A stretch of DNA of 64,000 bases from Planctomycetes bacterium UBA1146 (GTDB lineage: Bacteria; Planctomycetota; UBA8108): positions 4,307 through 68,306 of the forward strand of contig CAUZHA010000002.1 of the NCBI GenBank assembly GCA_963579555.1. Reading direction: 5' to 3'. Positions 48,955 through 58,385 of this stretch are shown piece after piece. The notes under the pieces were generated by a model. The model saw nothing but the letters and a program-made list of their open reading frames with translations, searched no databases and was not told where the DNA came from. The stretch's first letter is position 1; each line of letters starts with the position of its first letter. A program made the position numbers and the translations under genes.

Positions 48955-50379
48955 TTACATGGAGCAGGACCAGTCCTCGAGCCGCAGGCGCTCTTCGAGG
49001 CTGAGCTCGCAGGCGTAGCCGAAGCCCTCGCCCTGCAGGGAGGCTACCTTGAGGCTGCCGTTTCGAATCAGCAGGCGGGCGGAACGGCCAAAGGGCTGGT
49101 AGAGGTCCGGATGGGCCTTCAGGACGGCCGCCACCTCGGCCGGGGGCAGGTGATCGAGTCCCCGGAAGTAGTGGTGGCCATTGCGCTCCACATGGGGAAT
49201 TCCCAGGGCCGCTACCGTGGCGAGATCCTGCTGGAGAGGAATGATGGGAAGATTGGCGAGATCTTCGGCGCTCTGGAAATAGCGTTCTTCGCCGGCCTCT
49301 CGGTTGAGCTCGCAGACGATCCGGCGGTTGTGGAGGCTCTTGAAGATTCCCTTGCAGTTCTTATGCGAGGTGCCGCTGTAGCCGAGAGCCACGGCCCTCT
49401 TGAAGCTGTCGAGGCTGTCGTCGGATTCATCGATGATGATCGGCCTGGTTCCTGCCAGCTCACGCAGCCCCGCCTCCTGGCCGCAGGAGAGCGCGGTTTC
49501 CCGGCTGAGCGGCTGCTCGATAAAGAGGATCCGTTCGCAGAAGCGCTCCGTTGCGGTCTCCCGGGAGAGTCTGTCGAGCAGCTCGATCAGCTGGCGGGGA
49601 TCCTTGTATTGTTCGTTCCCATCGAGGGTGATGGAGTAGCCATCGGCGCAGCGCTCCTCGAAGAGGCGGGTCAGCTCTCCGATGCGTTCGAGGTCGGTGT
49701 CATCATCGCCGCAAACTTTCACCTTGAAATAGCTCAGGCCGTATTCGTCGATGCATTCATCGAGAGCCTGCGGCAGCCCATCGCGCAGGCGGTCCTCACT
49801 GGAGATATCGCTGGCGCGGATCGGGTCGCCCAGGCCTACGGTATGCCGGCAGTAGAGCCGTTCGAGCGGCTGGTCAGGAAGTATGGTGGAGGTCTCGAGT
49901 CCCGTGAGATTATTTTTCAGCAGCTCGAAGAAGGACAGACCGCGGAGCCTGGCGAGAGCATCGAGCATCGCCCGCTCGAAGAAAGAGCTGCCGAAGGCAG
50001 AGGTCAGCGCGTTGAGTCCGGCCCTGGAGCCATCCTCGTAGACCCGGGGAAGAGCGGCCTGCCAGTGCTCGGCCGCGGTCGCGGCGCGGGCTCCGCAGTC
50101 GAGGTAGATCTCCCGGGCCAGGACCATCGCCGTCACCTGGTCCTCGACGTTCCGCCGCAGGCTCTTTTCCGGGTCCTTGTCGAACCAGCGCGGCGGCAGG
50201 CCGTCGGCGGCGACTCCTCGGGCGGTTTTTCCATTGGAGTCCTCGACCGTGAGGCGTATGTGGAGGGCTGGAGCCGCCGTCATGCAGGCGATACCGTAAC
50301 GAAAAGGCATCCGCGTGGAGATGTCATGGATGAAGGCCTCAACCTCTATCAGCCTGATGAGCGGTGCCTCGTTTCGCAT
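48955..50379 (-). CDS. Enolase-superfamily protein (mandelate racemase/muconate lactonizing enzyme-like)
   Basis: KVKVCGDDDTDLERIGEL (KxK). LDGNEQY metal-ligand region. Paralogous to the partial gene at the window end. Confidence 0.7.
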   Translation of the reverse strand: MRNEAPLIRLIEVEAFIHDISTRMPFRYGIACMTAAPALHIRLTVEDSNGKTARGVAADGLPPRWFDKDPEKSLRRNVEDQVTAMVLAREIYLDCGARAATAAEHWQAALPRVYEDGSRAGLNALTSAFGSSFFERAMLDALARLRGLSFFELLKNNLTGLETSTILPDQPLERLYCRHTVGLGDPIRASDISSEDRLRDGLPQALDECIDEYGLSYFKVKVCGDDDTDLERIGELTRLFEERCADGYSITLDGNEQYKDPRQLIELLDRLSRETATERFCERILFIEQPLSRETALSCGQEAGLRELAGTRPIIIDESDDSLDSFKRAVALGYSGTSHKNCKGIFKSLHNRRIVCELNREAGEERYFQSAEDLANLPIIPLQQDLATVAALGIPHVERNGHHYFRGLDHLPPAEVAAVLKAHPDLYQPFGRSARLLIRNGSLKVASLQGEGFGYACELSLEERLRLEDWSCSM

Positions 50380-50530
50380 GGATGAAGCATACCGGATCGC
50401 CGACTGGCCCGGTATCCGCTTCCAGTGGCCGCCTTCATCATTTTAGCAGCTTGCGGGATCACTCCCGATTCAAGACAATAGGCATCATGGACACCCCGGT
50501 TTTCCGTTCTCTCCTGCGAGGATCCTGTTT

Positions 50531-50944
50531 TTGGAACGACATCTGAAGGCTATCCATTGCGTGACTTTTTTCAGGCTCCTGCTCGAACTGAGCCTCGGCG
50601 TCTGGATTACGCTTGTCGCGGTGGGGTGGGCAGGGGAAGCCGGTGGGTGGTTGCCTACCTATCATTCTTCGGCTCGTCCGGAGCCAGGGGACCGGGGGGC
50701 CTTCTTCCTTCTTGGAGGGGGGCTGGTGTTCCTGGGGCTTCTCAGGGCGGTCCAGCTGCTGGCCGCCACTCGCCCATTCCCCTGGTCGCGCAGGCTCGGG
50801 CAATGCCTGGGAGTGCTTGATCTTCTCACCCCGCTGACTTTGCCCCTGGGCCTCTGGGCGCTGCTGGTCTACCGGCATCCCGATACGCGGCAGATTTTCA
50901 GCCGGGGATTGCCGGGTGACGCTCCATCGGTTCAGGCCCGGTGA
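50531..50944 (+). CDS. Possible small membrane protein
   Basis: 137-aa ORF with three hydrophobic segments in an otherwise unassigned 600-bp gap. No homology recognised. Confidence 0.25.
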   Translation: MERHLKAIHCVTFFRLLLELSLGVWITLVAVGWAGEAGGWLPTYHSSARPEPGDRGAFFLLGGGLVFLGLLRAVQLLAATRPFPWSRRLGQCLGVLDLLTPLTLPLGLWALLVYRHPDTRQIFSRGLPGDAPSVQAR

Positions 50945-50991
50945 GCGGATCTATATTCCTGCCGGGCTGAAACAAAGTACGGGTAATGATC

Positions 50992-51801
50992 ATGGCCTAC
51001 TGTCCTGGATGCGGCGAGGAGGCGCTCAAGAACGCGACCTTCTGCGATTATTGCGGTGGTGACCTGCCGCGGGGCCAACCGGGGCTGGAAGAATCTCCCG
51101 GCGATGCGCCCGCGAGGATTTTCGCAAGGGCAGAGGAGAAGCCATCTTCACGAGGCCCCGCCTTTCTTGTCCTGTTTTGCGCCCTCCTTGGGGCTCTTCT
51201 CACAGGCGTCTTGCTTTTTCGGTTTGTCGGCGACGGGGGAGATCCCGGTGAGTTGTTGGGCATCATCATCTATGGCAGCTTTGCCGGAGGTTTTCTTTCA
51301 GGCTTGGTGGCGAAGGTAGCCGTCCGGATAGTGAGGGGGCCTAAACCTTCACCTTATTCGGGGGAGATATTTACCTATCCTGGGCCTAGGTCTGAAACGC
51401 CAGGGATGTCCGGAGCGCGTCCACTGCCGGAGTCGGCGGGTCGTCTCAAGATATGGAGAGGAGTCCTGCTGAGCATCGTTACTTTCGGCTTCTACTTTTT
51501 TTTCTGGAAACACCATCAGATCAAGGTGCTGAACTCCTGGCTTGGCCGGCAGGAGCACAGCCTCTGGAAGTGGCTGCTGCTCAGCCTGCTCACCTGCGGT
51601 TTCTACATGCTTTACCATGAATACAAGACGGGCTGCGACATCAACGAGATCCAGCGCAGGATGGGTTGGCCGGAAGACAGCTTCCTGGGAATCTTCAGCT
51701 TCCTGGCTTGTCTGTGCGGCCTCCCGCTCGTGTCGCTGATCCTTCAGCAGGTTGCGATCAACAGCTTCTACAGCTTCGCCGGCAATAAGGACCCGGGCTG
51801 A
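50992..51801 (+). CDS. Zinc-ribbon + DUF4234-like membrane protein (paralog 1)
   Basis: N-terminal CPGCGEEALKNATFCDYCGG zinc ribbon. Hydrophobic helices. C-terminal module YFFFWKHHQIKVLNSWLGRQEHSLWKWLLLSLLTCGFYMLYHEY conserved with the next gene. Confidence 0.6.
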   Translation: MAYCPGCGEEALKNATFCDYCGGDLPRGQPGLEESPGDAPARIFARAEEKPSSRGPAFLVLFCALLGALLTGVLLFRFVGDGGDPGELLGIIIYGSFAGGFLSGLVAKVAVRIVRGPKPSPYSGEIFTYPGPRSETPGMSGARPLPESAGRLKIWRGVLLSIVTFGFYFFFWKHHQIKVLNSWLGRQEHSLWKWLLLSLLTCGFYMLYHEYKTGCDINEIQRRMGWPEDSFLGIFSFLACLCGLPLVSLILQQVAINSFYSFAGNKDPG

Positions 51802-51943
51802 TGGTTACGTTAGCCGAACCTCGTTCGGCTGTTCCTGGCCGGGCGCGGTTTTTCCCTGGCAGGCAGGCTCAGGTCTTTTCCGATAAGGCCGAGTCGGTTA
51901 TTCTGCAGGAGGAATCTGGGTATTGATATCGAGGTATTGAGAG

Positions 51944-52438
51944 ATGGCTGCTTGTCCAGCATGCGGCGAACGTCTTGTTGGGGCCGCGGAATTTTGTGAC
52001 TACTGCGGGGAAAAACAACCCGGGGAGACCGGCCGCCAGGCCGCCGCCTACTCTTCCTACAGGAATCCTGCTCCTGTTCCGAGAGAAGAGGCTTTTGTCA
52101 GCATCGGCACGGGAATCTTTCTGACCCTCCTCACCTGCGGAATCTACAGCTTGTTCTGGCAGGCGCGGCAATTCAGGGTTCTGAATGCCTGGCTGGGCAG
52201 GCGGGAGTACAGTTTCTGGTCGTGGTTTGGACTCTGTCTCATCACCTGTGGTTTCTACGGTATTTACTCTGAATATCAGATGGCCAAAAGCATCCTCGAA
52301 ATCCAACGTAAGCGGGAGTGGCATACCGACCCTAACCTGGCGACGCTATGTGCTGCGGTGTCGATGTGTGGATTTCCCATCGCCTCGATGGCTATCCAGC
52401 AGGAAGAGATCAACAAGTTCTATAATCCAACCAAGTGA
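51944..52438 (+). CDS. Zinc-ribbon + DUF4234-like membrane protein (paralog 2)
   Basis: CPACGERLVGAAEFCDYCGE zinc ribbon. YSLFWQARQFRVLNAWLGRREYSFWSWFGLCLITCGFYGIYSEY shared module. Confidence 0.6.
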   Translation: MAACPACGERLVGAAEFCDYCGEKQPGETGRQAAAYSSYRNPAPVPREEAFVSIGTGIFLTLLTCGIYSLFWQARQFRVLNAWLGRREYSFWSWFGLCLITCGFYGIYSEYQMAKSILEIQRKREWHTDPNLATLCAAVSMCGFPIASMAIQQEEINKFYNPTK

Positions 52439-52444
52439 CGCAAG

Positions 52445-52819
52445 ATGCTTACGCACTCACACCTTGCAAGGTTGTTTCTACTTGGAATCGGAGGGTTGGG
52501 CCTTTACCTGGCTCTCTTCGGGAGCCCGGAGGGGGGAATCGCCCTCATTCCCTGTCCTGTTCGATCGGCCATCGGTATTCCTTGTCCAGGCTGCGGGATG
52601 ACGCGTTCCTTCCTGGCCCTGGTGCAGGGTGATTTTGTTTCCGCATGGAATTCCCACCCCTTTTCCTTTTTCCTGGTGGCCCTGGCGGTTGGCGTGGGCT
52701 TTTTTTCGACCGCCAGCAGGTCTCTCTGGAATCGTCTCTCGCCAACGGTTCGCGGCCTGTTTTTTTTCAGCCTGATCGCGCTTTGTCTTGGCCGCTGGAT
52801 CGGACATTTTTTCGATTAG
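52445..52819 (+). CDS. DUF2752-like membrane protein
   Basis: CPVRSAIGIPCPGCGMTRSF motif followed by hydrophobic helices. Starts 7 nt after the previous gene. Confidence 0.55.
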   Translation: MLTHSHLARLFLLGIGGLGLYLALFGSPEGGIALIPCPVRSAIGIPCPGCGMTRSFLALVQGDFVSAWNSHPFSFFLVALAVGVGFFSTASRSLWNRLSPTVRGLFFFSLIALCLGRWIGHFFD

Positions 52820-52933
52820 ATGTTCTTCCGTACTAATGCGTGAAGACGAATCTTCAGCGATGATGGTTAGCTTGGCCTGCACGGCTTTGCAGGTCTTTTT
52901 CCCCGCATCCTGATCAGTTCATGGAGCCTGACC

Positions 52934-54724
52934 ATGTTTTCACCTTCTAGCGATATTGAGACGCGTCGATTTTTCCTGGCGCTTTGTTTTGCCGCCGTCT
53001 TTTTTCCCCGACCCGCTCTCGAGGCTGATTCATCCGGTGAGTGGCCGCAGTGGCGGGGGCCTAAGCGTGATGGGAAATCCACCGAGACCGGATTGCTGAA
53101 AAAATGGCCCGTGGGCGGCCCGAAGCTGCTCTGGAAAGCTGAGGGGGCGGGGGCAGGCTATTCAGCCTTCTCGATCTCCGGTGGCCGCCTCTACACCATG
53201 GGCAGCGTGAAATCCGACGAGAAGCTGCACGCCTTCGAGCTCGCCACGGGCAAGCTCCTGTGGAGCGTCAAGGTGGGAGACCATTTTACGAATAGCCGGG
53301 GCGGTGGTCCGCGGGGTACTCCCACGCTTGTTGATGATCTGGTTTACACGCTTGGTACCAGCGGTTGGCTCGGCTGCTACAAAGCGGCTGATGGGGCCGA
53401 GGTCTGGAAGTTCAGCGTCTTTGATCGTTTTGGAGCGAAGAATATCAACTGGGGACTTTCGGAATCGGTGCTCATCGAGGGGGATCTTTTGATCTGCGGT
53501 CCTGGGGGCGAGGGCTCGTCCGTGGTTGCCCTTGACCGAATGACTGGTAAAACCGTCTGGACATCGAAGGGACTGGATGACAAGGCGGGCTATGCCTCGG
53601 CTGTCGCCGCCACGATCGCGGGCAAGAGGCAGGTCATCCATTTCAACCACAGCTCCGCGGTGGGTGTGTCTCTTGCCGATGGCAGCAGTATTTAGCGGTA
53701 CACCAAGGCCAACAATGGCGTTTGCAATGTCGCTACCCCGGTGGTCGTTGGCAACAACGTATTTCTGACCAGTGATTACGGCGCCGGTTGCGCGTTGCTG
53801 GATATTTCGGGTTCCTCCGGCTCCGGTATAGAGGGAGATTTCTGGCTCAAGCCGGATTTTGATGACACCAAGTGGACTTCGGGAAAAGCCCCATTAGGCT
53901 ATGGTGAGGCCGCTATCGCTGAAAAGAAGGGGTCCACCGTCAGCGAAAAGGGGCAGTCGTTGCTTCTCCGCAGGAAGTTCACGGTTGATCCGAAGCTAAT
54001 CAATTCCAAGTCCGGGTTTGAGTTGCTGGTCGCCTCTGATAATTCGGCGACGGTGTGGATCAACGGTCAGCAGGTTGACAGGGAACAGGGGGATCACGAG
54101 CCGGAGTACTGGAATCGCATGGTCGAGGTTGCCGCCGGGATACTCAAGAAAGGCGAGAATGTAATCGCGGTTCGGGTGAACAACAACAGCGGCTCCAGCG
54201 ATGTTTTTCTCGATTTGCAGCTCGGGTCCGCCGCCGAGCCGGTGATTGCCGCCTCAAGTGATGGGTGGGAATATACCGTCGCTCCCGCCACCACAGGTTC
54301 TGCCAGGGAGGTTTATTACAACAAGGATTTGCAGAACCATCATGGTGGAGTCATTTATCTCGATGGGAAGATCTACGGGCACTCCGGTGGAAATTCCAAA
54401 CGTAGCCACACCTTTGTCTGTATGGATTTCAAGACCGGCAAGGTTGTCTGGAAGGACAAGGGGCTTGGCAAATGCTCGGTCGTCTGGGCTGATGGACTGT
54501 TCTACTGTCTGACCGAGGACGGCAAGATGGGGATCGCTAGGCTTAGCCCTGCAGGTTATGAACTCGTCAGTTCGTTTGTCTTCAAGAAATACAAACTCTT
54601 CAAGACCGGCGGGATTCGTGAGGATGATGAAAACCCCTGCTGGACGCATCCGGTGGTCGCCGGCGGCAAGCTCTTCCTGCGCGACCAGGACAGCATTTTC
54701 TGCTACGACATCTCGGCGAAGTGA
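52934..54724 (+). pseudogene. PQQ-like beta-propeller + galactose-binding-like domain protein interrupted by in-frame TAG (53693-53695) at a conserved Trp position
   Basis: ORFs 52934-53695 and 53741-54724 are in the same frame and separated only by TAG. The surrounding sequence SLADGSSI-*-RYTKANNG aligns with the PQQ repeat consensus xxDGxxxWxx (compare ALDRMTGKTVWTS and AADGAEVWKF in the same protein). TAG therefore replaces TGG. The C-terminal part has a DDTKWTSGKAPLGYGE jelly-roll region like the giant protein. Confidence 0.6.
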
Positions 54725-54744
54725 TCTCCGGGAGCCGATGGGTT

Positions 54745-55407
54745 CTAGCCGACGAGGCGCCCTTCTGAGATTTCCACCGTTCGGTCGGCGTGTTCTTCGA
54801 CTCGTGCGTCGTGCGTAACCAGCAGCACGGCCCCGCCGTTGCTGGTGAAGGATGAGAGCTGTTCGAGCATGCTCTCGGCGTTGTCGCGGTCGAGGTTGCC
54901 GGTCGGCTCGTCCGCCAGGATGAGCTTCGGGGTGTTAAAGAGCGCCCGGGCCATCGCGGTGCGCTGCTTCTCTCCAGTGCTGAGCGCCGCGGGCACATGG
55001 CGCGCCCGGTGGGTGAGTCCGAAGTGCTCAAGCAGTTTGTCGGCCATTTCCTCGTCGCCAGCCCCGGTCGCCAGCGAGGCTGCGAGGATGTTGTCACGGA
55101 CATCGAGGTAGGGGATGAGATGAAATTGCTGAAAAACGAAGCCGATGTTTTCCGCCCGGAACCGGGCTTTGCCATCCTGGCTCAGAGAGTAGAGGTCGGT
55201 TCCCGAAACGCTGACCGACCCGCCGCTAGGCTCGAGGAGCCCGCCGGCCGCCATGAGGAGGGTTGACTTGCCGCAGCCGCTGGGGCCTCGCAAGGCGACG
55301 AATTCGCCGTCGGCTATTTCCAGGGTTACGTCGATGACGGCGTGGACCTCCTCGGCTGCGTCCGGAAACGACTTGCTGAGATTCTCTACCGAGAGGGCTG
55401 CTGTCAT
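54745..55407 (-). CDS. ABC transporter ATP-binding protein (LolD/MacB-type)
   Basis: Walker A GPSGCGKST. Signature LSTGEKQRTAMARAL. Walker B LILADEPTGNLD. Confidence 0.8.
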   Translation of the reverse strand: MTAALSVENLSKSFPDAAEEVHAVIDVTLEIADGEFVALRGPSGCGKSTLLMAAGGLLEPSGGSVSVSGTDLYSLSQDGKARFRAENIGFVFQQFHLIPYLDVRDNILAASLATGAGDEEMADKLLEHFGLTHRARHVPAALSTGEKQRTAMARALFNTPKLILADEPTGNLDRDNAESMLEQLSSFTSNGGAVLLVTHDARVEEHADRTVEISEGRLVG

Positions 55408-55411
55408 TTGT

Positions 55412-56641
55412 TCAACTTCCGGCGCCTTTGCGTGCGATCGCCGAGCCGGTCGCCAGGACAACCAGCAGGAGGGCGCCCAGGGCGATCACCAGGGTCTTCG
55501 TGGTCGAACCTCCGGAGCCAGGGCCAGGCCCCGTGCTTTCCTCCCCGGTGTTTTCAACCTTAGAGACGATCTTCGCTTCGGGAGCGGTGGTGGGTGTCTC
55601 TTCTACAGGGATCGGGTCGATGGTCACCTCGCTGTAGCCAAGCTCGAATTCTTCGAAGCCTCCCAGGCCGGCCAGCTCCTTCGGTTTCTTCTTTTCCCCC
55701 TTGATGCTGCGCAGAACCTCCGGGTCGAGAGGATCGAAGCCCAGCTGGAGGGTCGCCATGGAGCGGATCTCCGGGCTCCAGGTGAGCGGGATCGCCTTGC
55801 CGATGAGCCAGACCGGGGAGGTTGTGCAGGAGCAGCTCCTGCCGAGCATCTCGAGCAGCGCGCTCATTTTTTCCTTGTCGACGTTTTCGCCTTCCAGGGT
55901 CGGCCCGCGGGTCTCTCCCCGGCCGGCGAGCGCGAGGGCGCGGGCGGGTCTTTCCTCTTCGCCATCGGGGGCGGCAAGACCCAGGCTCCAGAGAACGATC
56001 TCTTCCTCCGGCTTCTTCGGGTCGAGGGTGAGAATAAGCGGGGCTGTGTCGATCGATTTATTGAGCTCGGTCTTTTTGCCGACAACCGCCTTTGCCGCGA
56101 GCTCGATGCCGGCGAGAGCGTCAGCATTCTTTTTCGCATCGGTTCCCGGAACAAAAACGATAACGCACCAATGCCTGACAAGCTTTTCCTGCAGTCCGCG
56201 GCGCAGGGGCGATTCCACCACCGGCCCCATCAGCTCCATGACGGTGTCGGTGGGCTTGTCTGAAAGCTTGAACTGTCCCAGGTCGAGGGTTTTACCCGAA
56301 GGAGAGACCAGGATGGCGGCGGGCAGCAGGGAGTTGTCGCTGTAGCTCTCCTGGAGTTCGGCGGAAACCTCGTTCTTCTCCGGCCCGTCAAGCTCTACGA
56401 CCCGGGCGACGACGTTCGAGTCCCGCAGCCATGCTGCGGCGGCTGTCTTGACCGCCTCGGCGAGCTTGTCGTTGCCGGGGGTTGTCGAGGTCGACAGGAA
56501 GACCAGCCGGAAGGGGACCCTGGAGCCCCGCCCGATAAAGGCCGAATCCCGGATCGAGTAGGGACAGGCCGTCAGGATGGTGGTGCAGAGGAGGCAGCTT
56601 GCCGCCGCGACCATCGTCAGCAGCAGTCTCAGCGTTTTCAT
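55412..56641 (-). CDS. Hypothetical secreted protein with C-terminal transmembrane helix, co-directional immediately upstream of ABC ATPase
   Basis: Signal peptide MKTLRLLLTMVAAASCLLC. C-terminal TLVIALGALLLVVLATGSAIA. 4-nt gap to the ATPase gene. Confidence 0.5.
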   Translation of the reverse strand: MKTLRLLLTMVAAASCLLCTTILTACPYSIRDSAFIGRGSRVPFRLVFLSTSTTPGNDKLAEAVKTAAAAWLRDSNVVARVVELDGPEKNEVSAELQESYSDNSLLPAAILVSPSGKTLDLGQFKLSDKPTDTVMELMGPVVESPLRRGLQEKLVRHWCVIVFVPGTDAKKNADALAGIELAAKAVVGKKTELNKSIDTAPLILTLDPKKPEEEIVLWSLGLAAPDGEEERPARALALAGRGETRGPTLEGENVDKEKMSALLEMLGRSCSCTTSPVWLIGKAIPLTWSPEIRSMATLQLGFDPLDPEVLRSIKGEKKKPKELAGLGGFEEFELGYSEVTIDPIPVEETPTTAPEAKIVSKVENTGEESTGPGPGSGGSTTKTLVIALGALLLVVLATGSAIARKGAGS

Positions 56642-56852
56642 GGGGTCACCATCTGTATTCGTGTTCTTGAAGCGCCGTCGAATCATCGAGGCGGAAATCT
56701 ATTCCTCTCCAGGGGTCATATTAGCGGTTTGCCTTCGCCTGCGCCACATCAAGGGGTGGTCATGTATTGTACCCGGGGGGCGGGCTGTTCTATATTGGTT
56801 CGTTCAGCGGCCCTCTTGCGCGGCCGTAACTAATTGAGAGGAAAATGACTTC

Positions 56853-58385
56853 ATGAAAACCAGCAGAGTTTTTCTTGGTTCCTTCCTCCTGGTGATCGCA
56901 ATCATCTACCTGATGACACGCGGTGGCAGCCGGGGAGAGAGTATCGGTGAGTTGTACCTGTATTGTGCCGCGAACATGCGCAGGCCGCTTGAGGAACTGG
57001 CGGAGCGTTATTCCGAGAAGTACAAGGTCACCATCGTGGCTGACTACGATGGTTCAGGGAGTCTCCTGGGCAAGCTGCAGGCTGAGGCTGGCAGCGCCAG
57101 GAAGGAAAAACGCGGTGATCTGTACCTGGCTGCTGATGACTCCTACATTCTCAAGGCGAGAGAAAAAGGAATTGTCGATGAGAGCCTGCTCGTTGCTTAC
57201 ATGCATCCGGTCATAGCTGTGCCGAAGGGGAATCCGAAAAACATTTCCGGTGTTGCTGATTTGCTTGGTGATGGCCTCAAGGTGGCGATTTGCAACCCGG
57301 ACCAGGCGGCGGTTGGCCGCAGCGTTCGCAGGGTTCTGCAGGAAAGTGGACAGTGGGATCGTCTTGAGAAAAAAGTGACGGTCATGAAGCCGAAGGTGAC
57401 CGATCTCGCCAATGACGTGAAGCTGGGAACGGTGGATGCCGCGATCGTCTGGGACTCGACGGTGGCGATGTACCCGGAGCTCGAAGAAGTACGGGATCCG
57501 CTGCTGTACAAGGAGCGTGTGAACGTTACTCTTGGCGTCGTGAGTTCATCCCGGAACCCCTCCATGGCGTTGCGTTTCGCCCGCTTTCTCGCAGCTGAAG
57601 ACGAGGGCCTGCCGGTCTTCAGGGAATTCGGTTTTAAAACGCCGGAGGGTGATCCCTGGGAAGAGAGGCCGGAGTTGGTTGTCTGGAGTGGCGGAGTGAA
57701 TCGACTGGCGATCATGCAGACCATCAAGGAGTTCCAGGAGCGTGAGGGGGTGGCGGTCACCACCACCTACGGTGGCTGTGGAGCTCTCACTGCCCAGATG
57801 AAAACTGTCTGGGAGAAGCCGGGTTTTCCCGATGTTTATTTCGCCTGTGACCGGGTCTATATGGAGAACGTCAACGATTGGTACCTCGCGAGCAAGGATG
57901 TCTCCGAAACGGATATGGTCATCCTGGTCCCGAAGGGCAATCCGCGTAAGGTCCGCGGCCTCGAGGAGCTCGGCGCTGATGGGATACGACTCGGGGTTGC
58001 CGACCCCGTCAAGAGTGCCCTCGGGCGCCTGACCGTCGACCTTCTGAAGAAGTCAGGGTTGTACGAGAAGGTCTACAGCAAGGTGGAAACCAAGGCCGGA
58101 ACCGCCGATCTCCTCGTCAACCAGATCGTCGTTTCAGGTGGCAAGAGCCTCGATGCGGTGATCGTCTATCGTGCAAATACAGCCAAGGTTCAAGACAAGG
58201 TGGCGATCGTGAACATCGACCACCCAGCTGCCCTCGCCAGCCAGCCCATAGCCATCAGCCGCATCTCAAAACGCTCTCAGCTTGCACGCCGTTTTATCGA
58301 TAAGATACTTTCGCCCGCCTCCCAGCGGCGCTTCGAGAAGGTGGGCTTTCGCTGGCATCCAGGGGGAAAGGAAGGTGGCGAGTGA
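56853..58385 (+). CDS. modA: Tandem-duplicated molybdate/tungstate ABC substrate-binding protein (two ModA-like domains fused)
   Basis: N-terminal signal anchor. First module YLYCAANMRRPLEELAERYSEKYKVTIVADYDGSGSLLGKLQAEAG...DLYLAADDSY. Second module LAIMQTIKEFQEREGVAVTTTYGGCGALTAQM...DVYFACDRVY. Both fit the ModA/WtpA periplasmic binding fold. Confidence 0.65.
   Translation: MKTSRVFLGSFLLVIAIIYLMTRGGSRGESIGELYLYCAANMRRPLEELAERYSEKYKVTIVADYDGSGSLLGKLQAEAGSARKEKRGDLYLAADDSYILKAREKGIVDESLLVAYMHPVIAVPKGNPKNISGVADLLGDGLKVAICNPDQAAVGRSVRRVLQESGQWDRLEKKVTVMKPKVTDLANDVKLGTVDAAIVWDSTVAMYPELEEVRDPLLYKERVNVTLGVVSSSRNPSMALRFARFLAAEDEGLPVFREFGFKTPEGDPWEERPELVVWSGGVNRLAIMQTIKEFQEREGVAVTTTYGGCGALTAQMKTVWEKPGFPDVYFACDRVYMENVNDWYLASKDVSETDMVILVPKGNPRKVRGLEELGADGIRLGVADPVKSALGRLTVDLLKKSGLYEKVYSKVETKAGTADLLVNQIVVSGGKSLDAVIVYRANTAKVQDKVAIVNIDHPAALASQPIAISRISKRSQLARRFIDKILSPASQRRFEKVGFRWHPGGKEGGE

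Noticed and set aside
49111-50385. 424-aa plus-strand ORF
   Set aside because: Antisense to the enolase-superfamily gene (KxK and DxN motifs).
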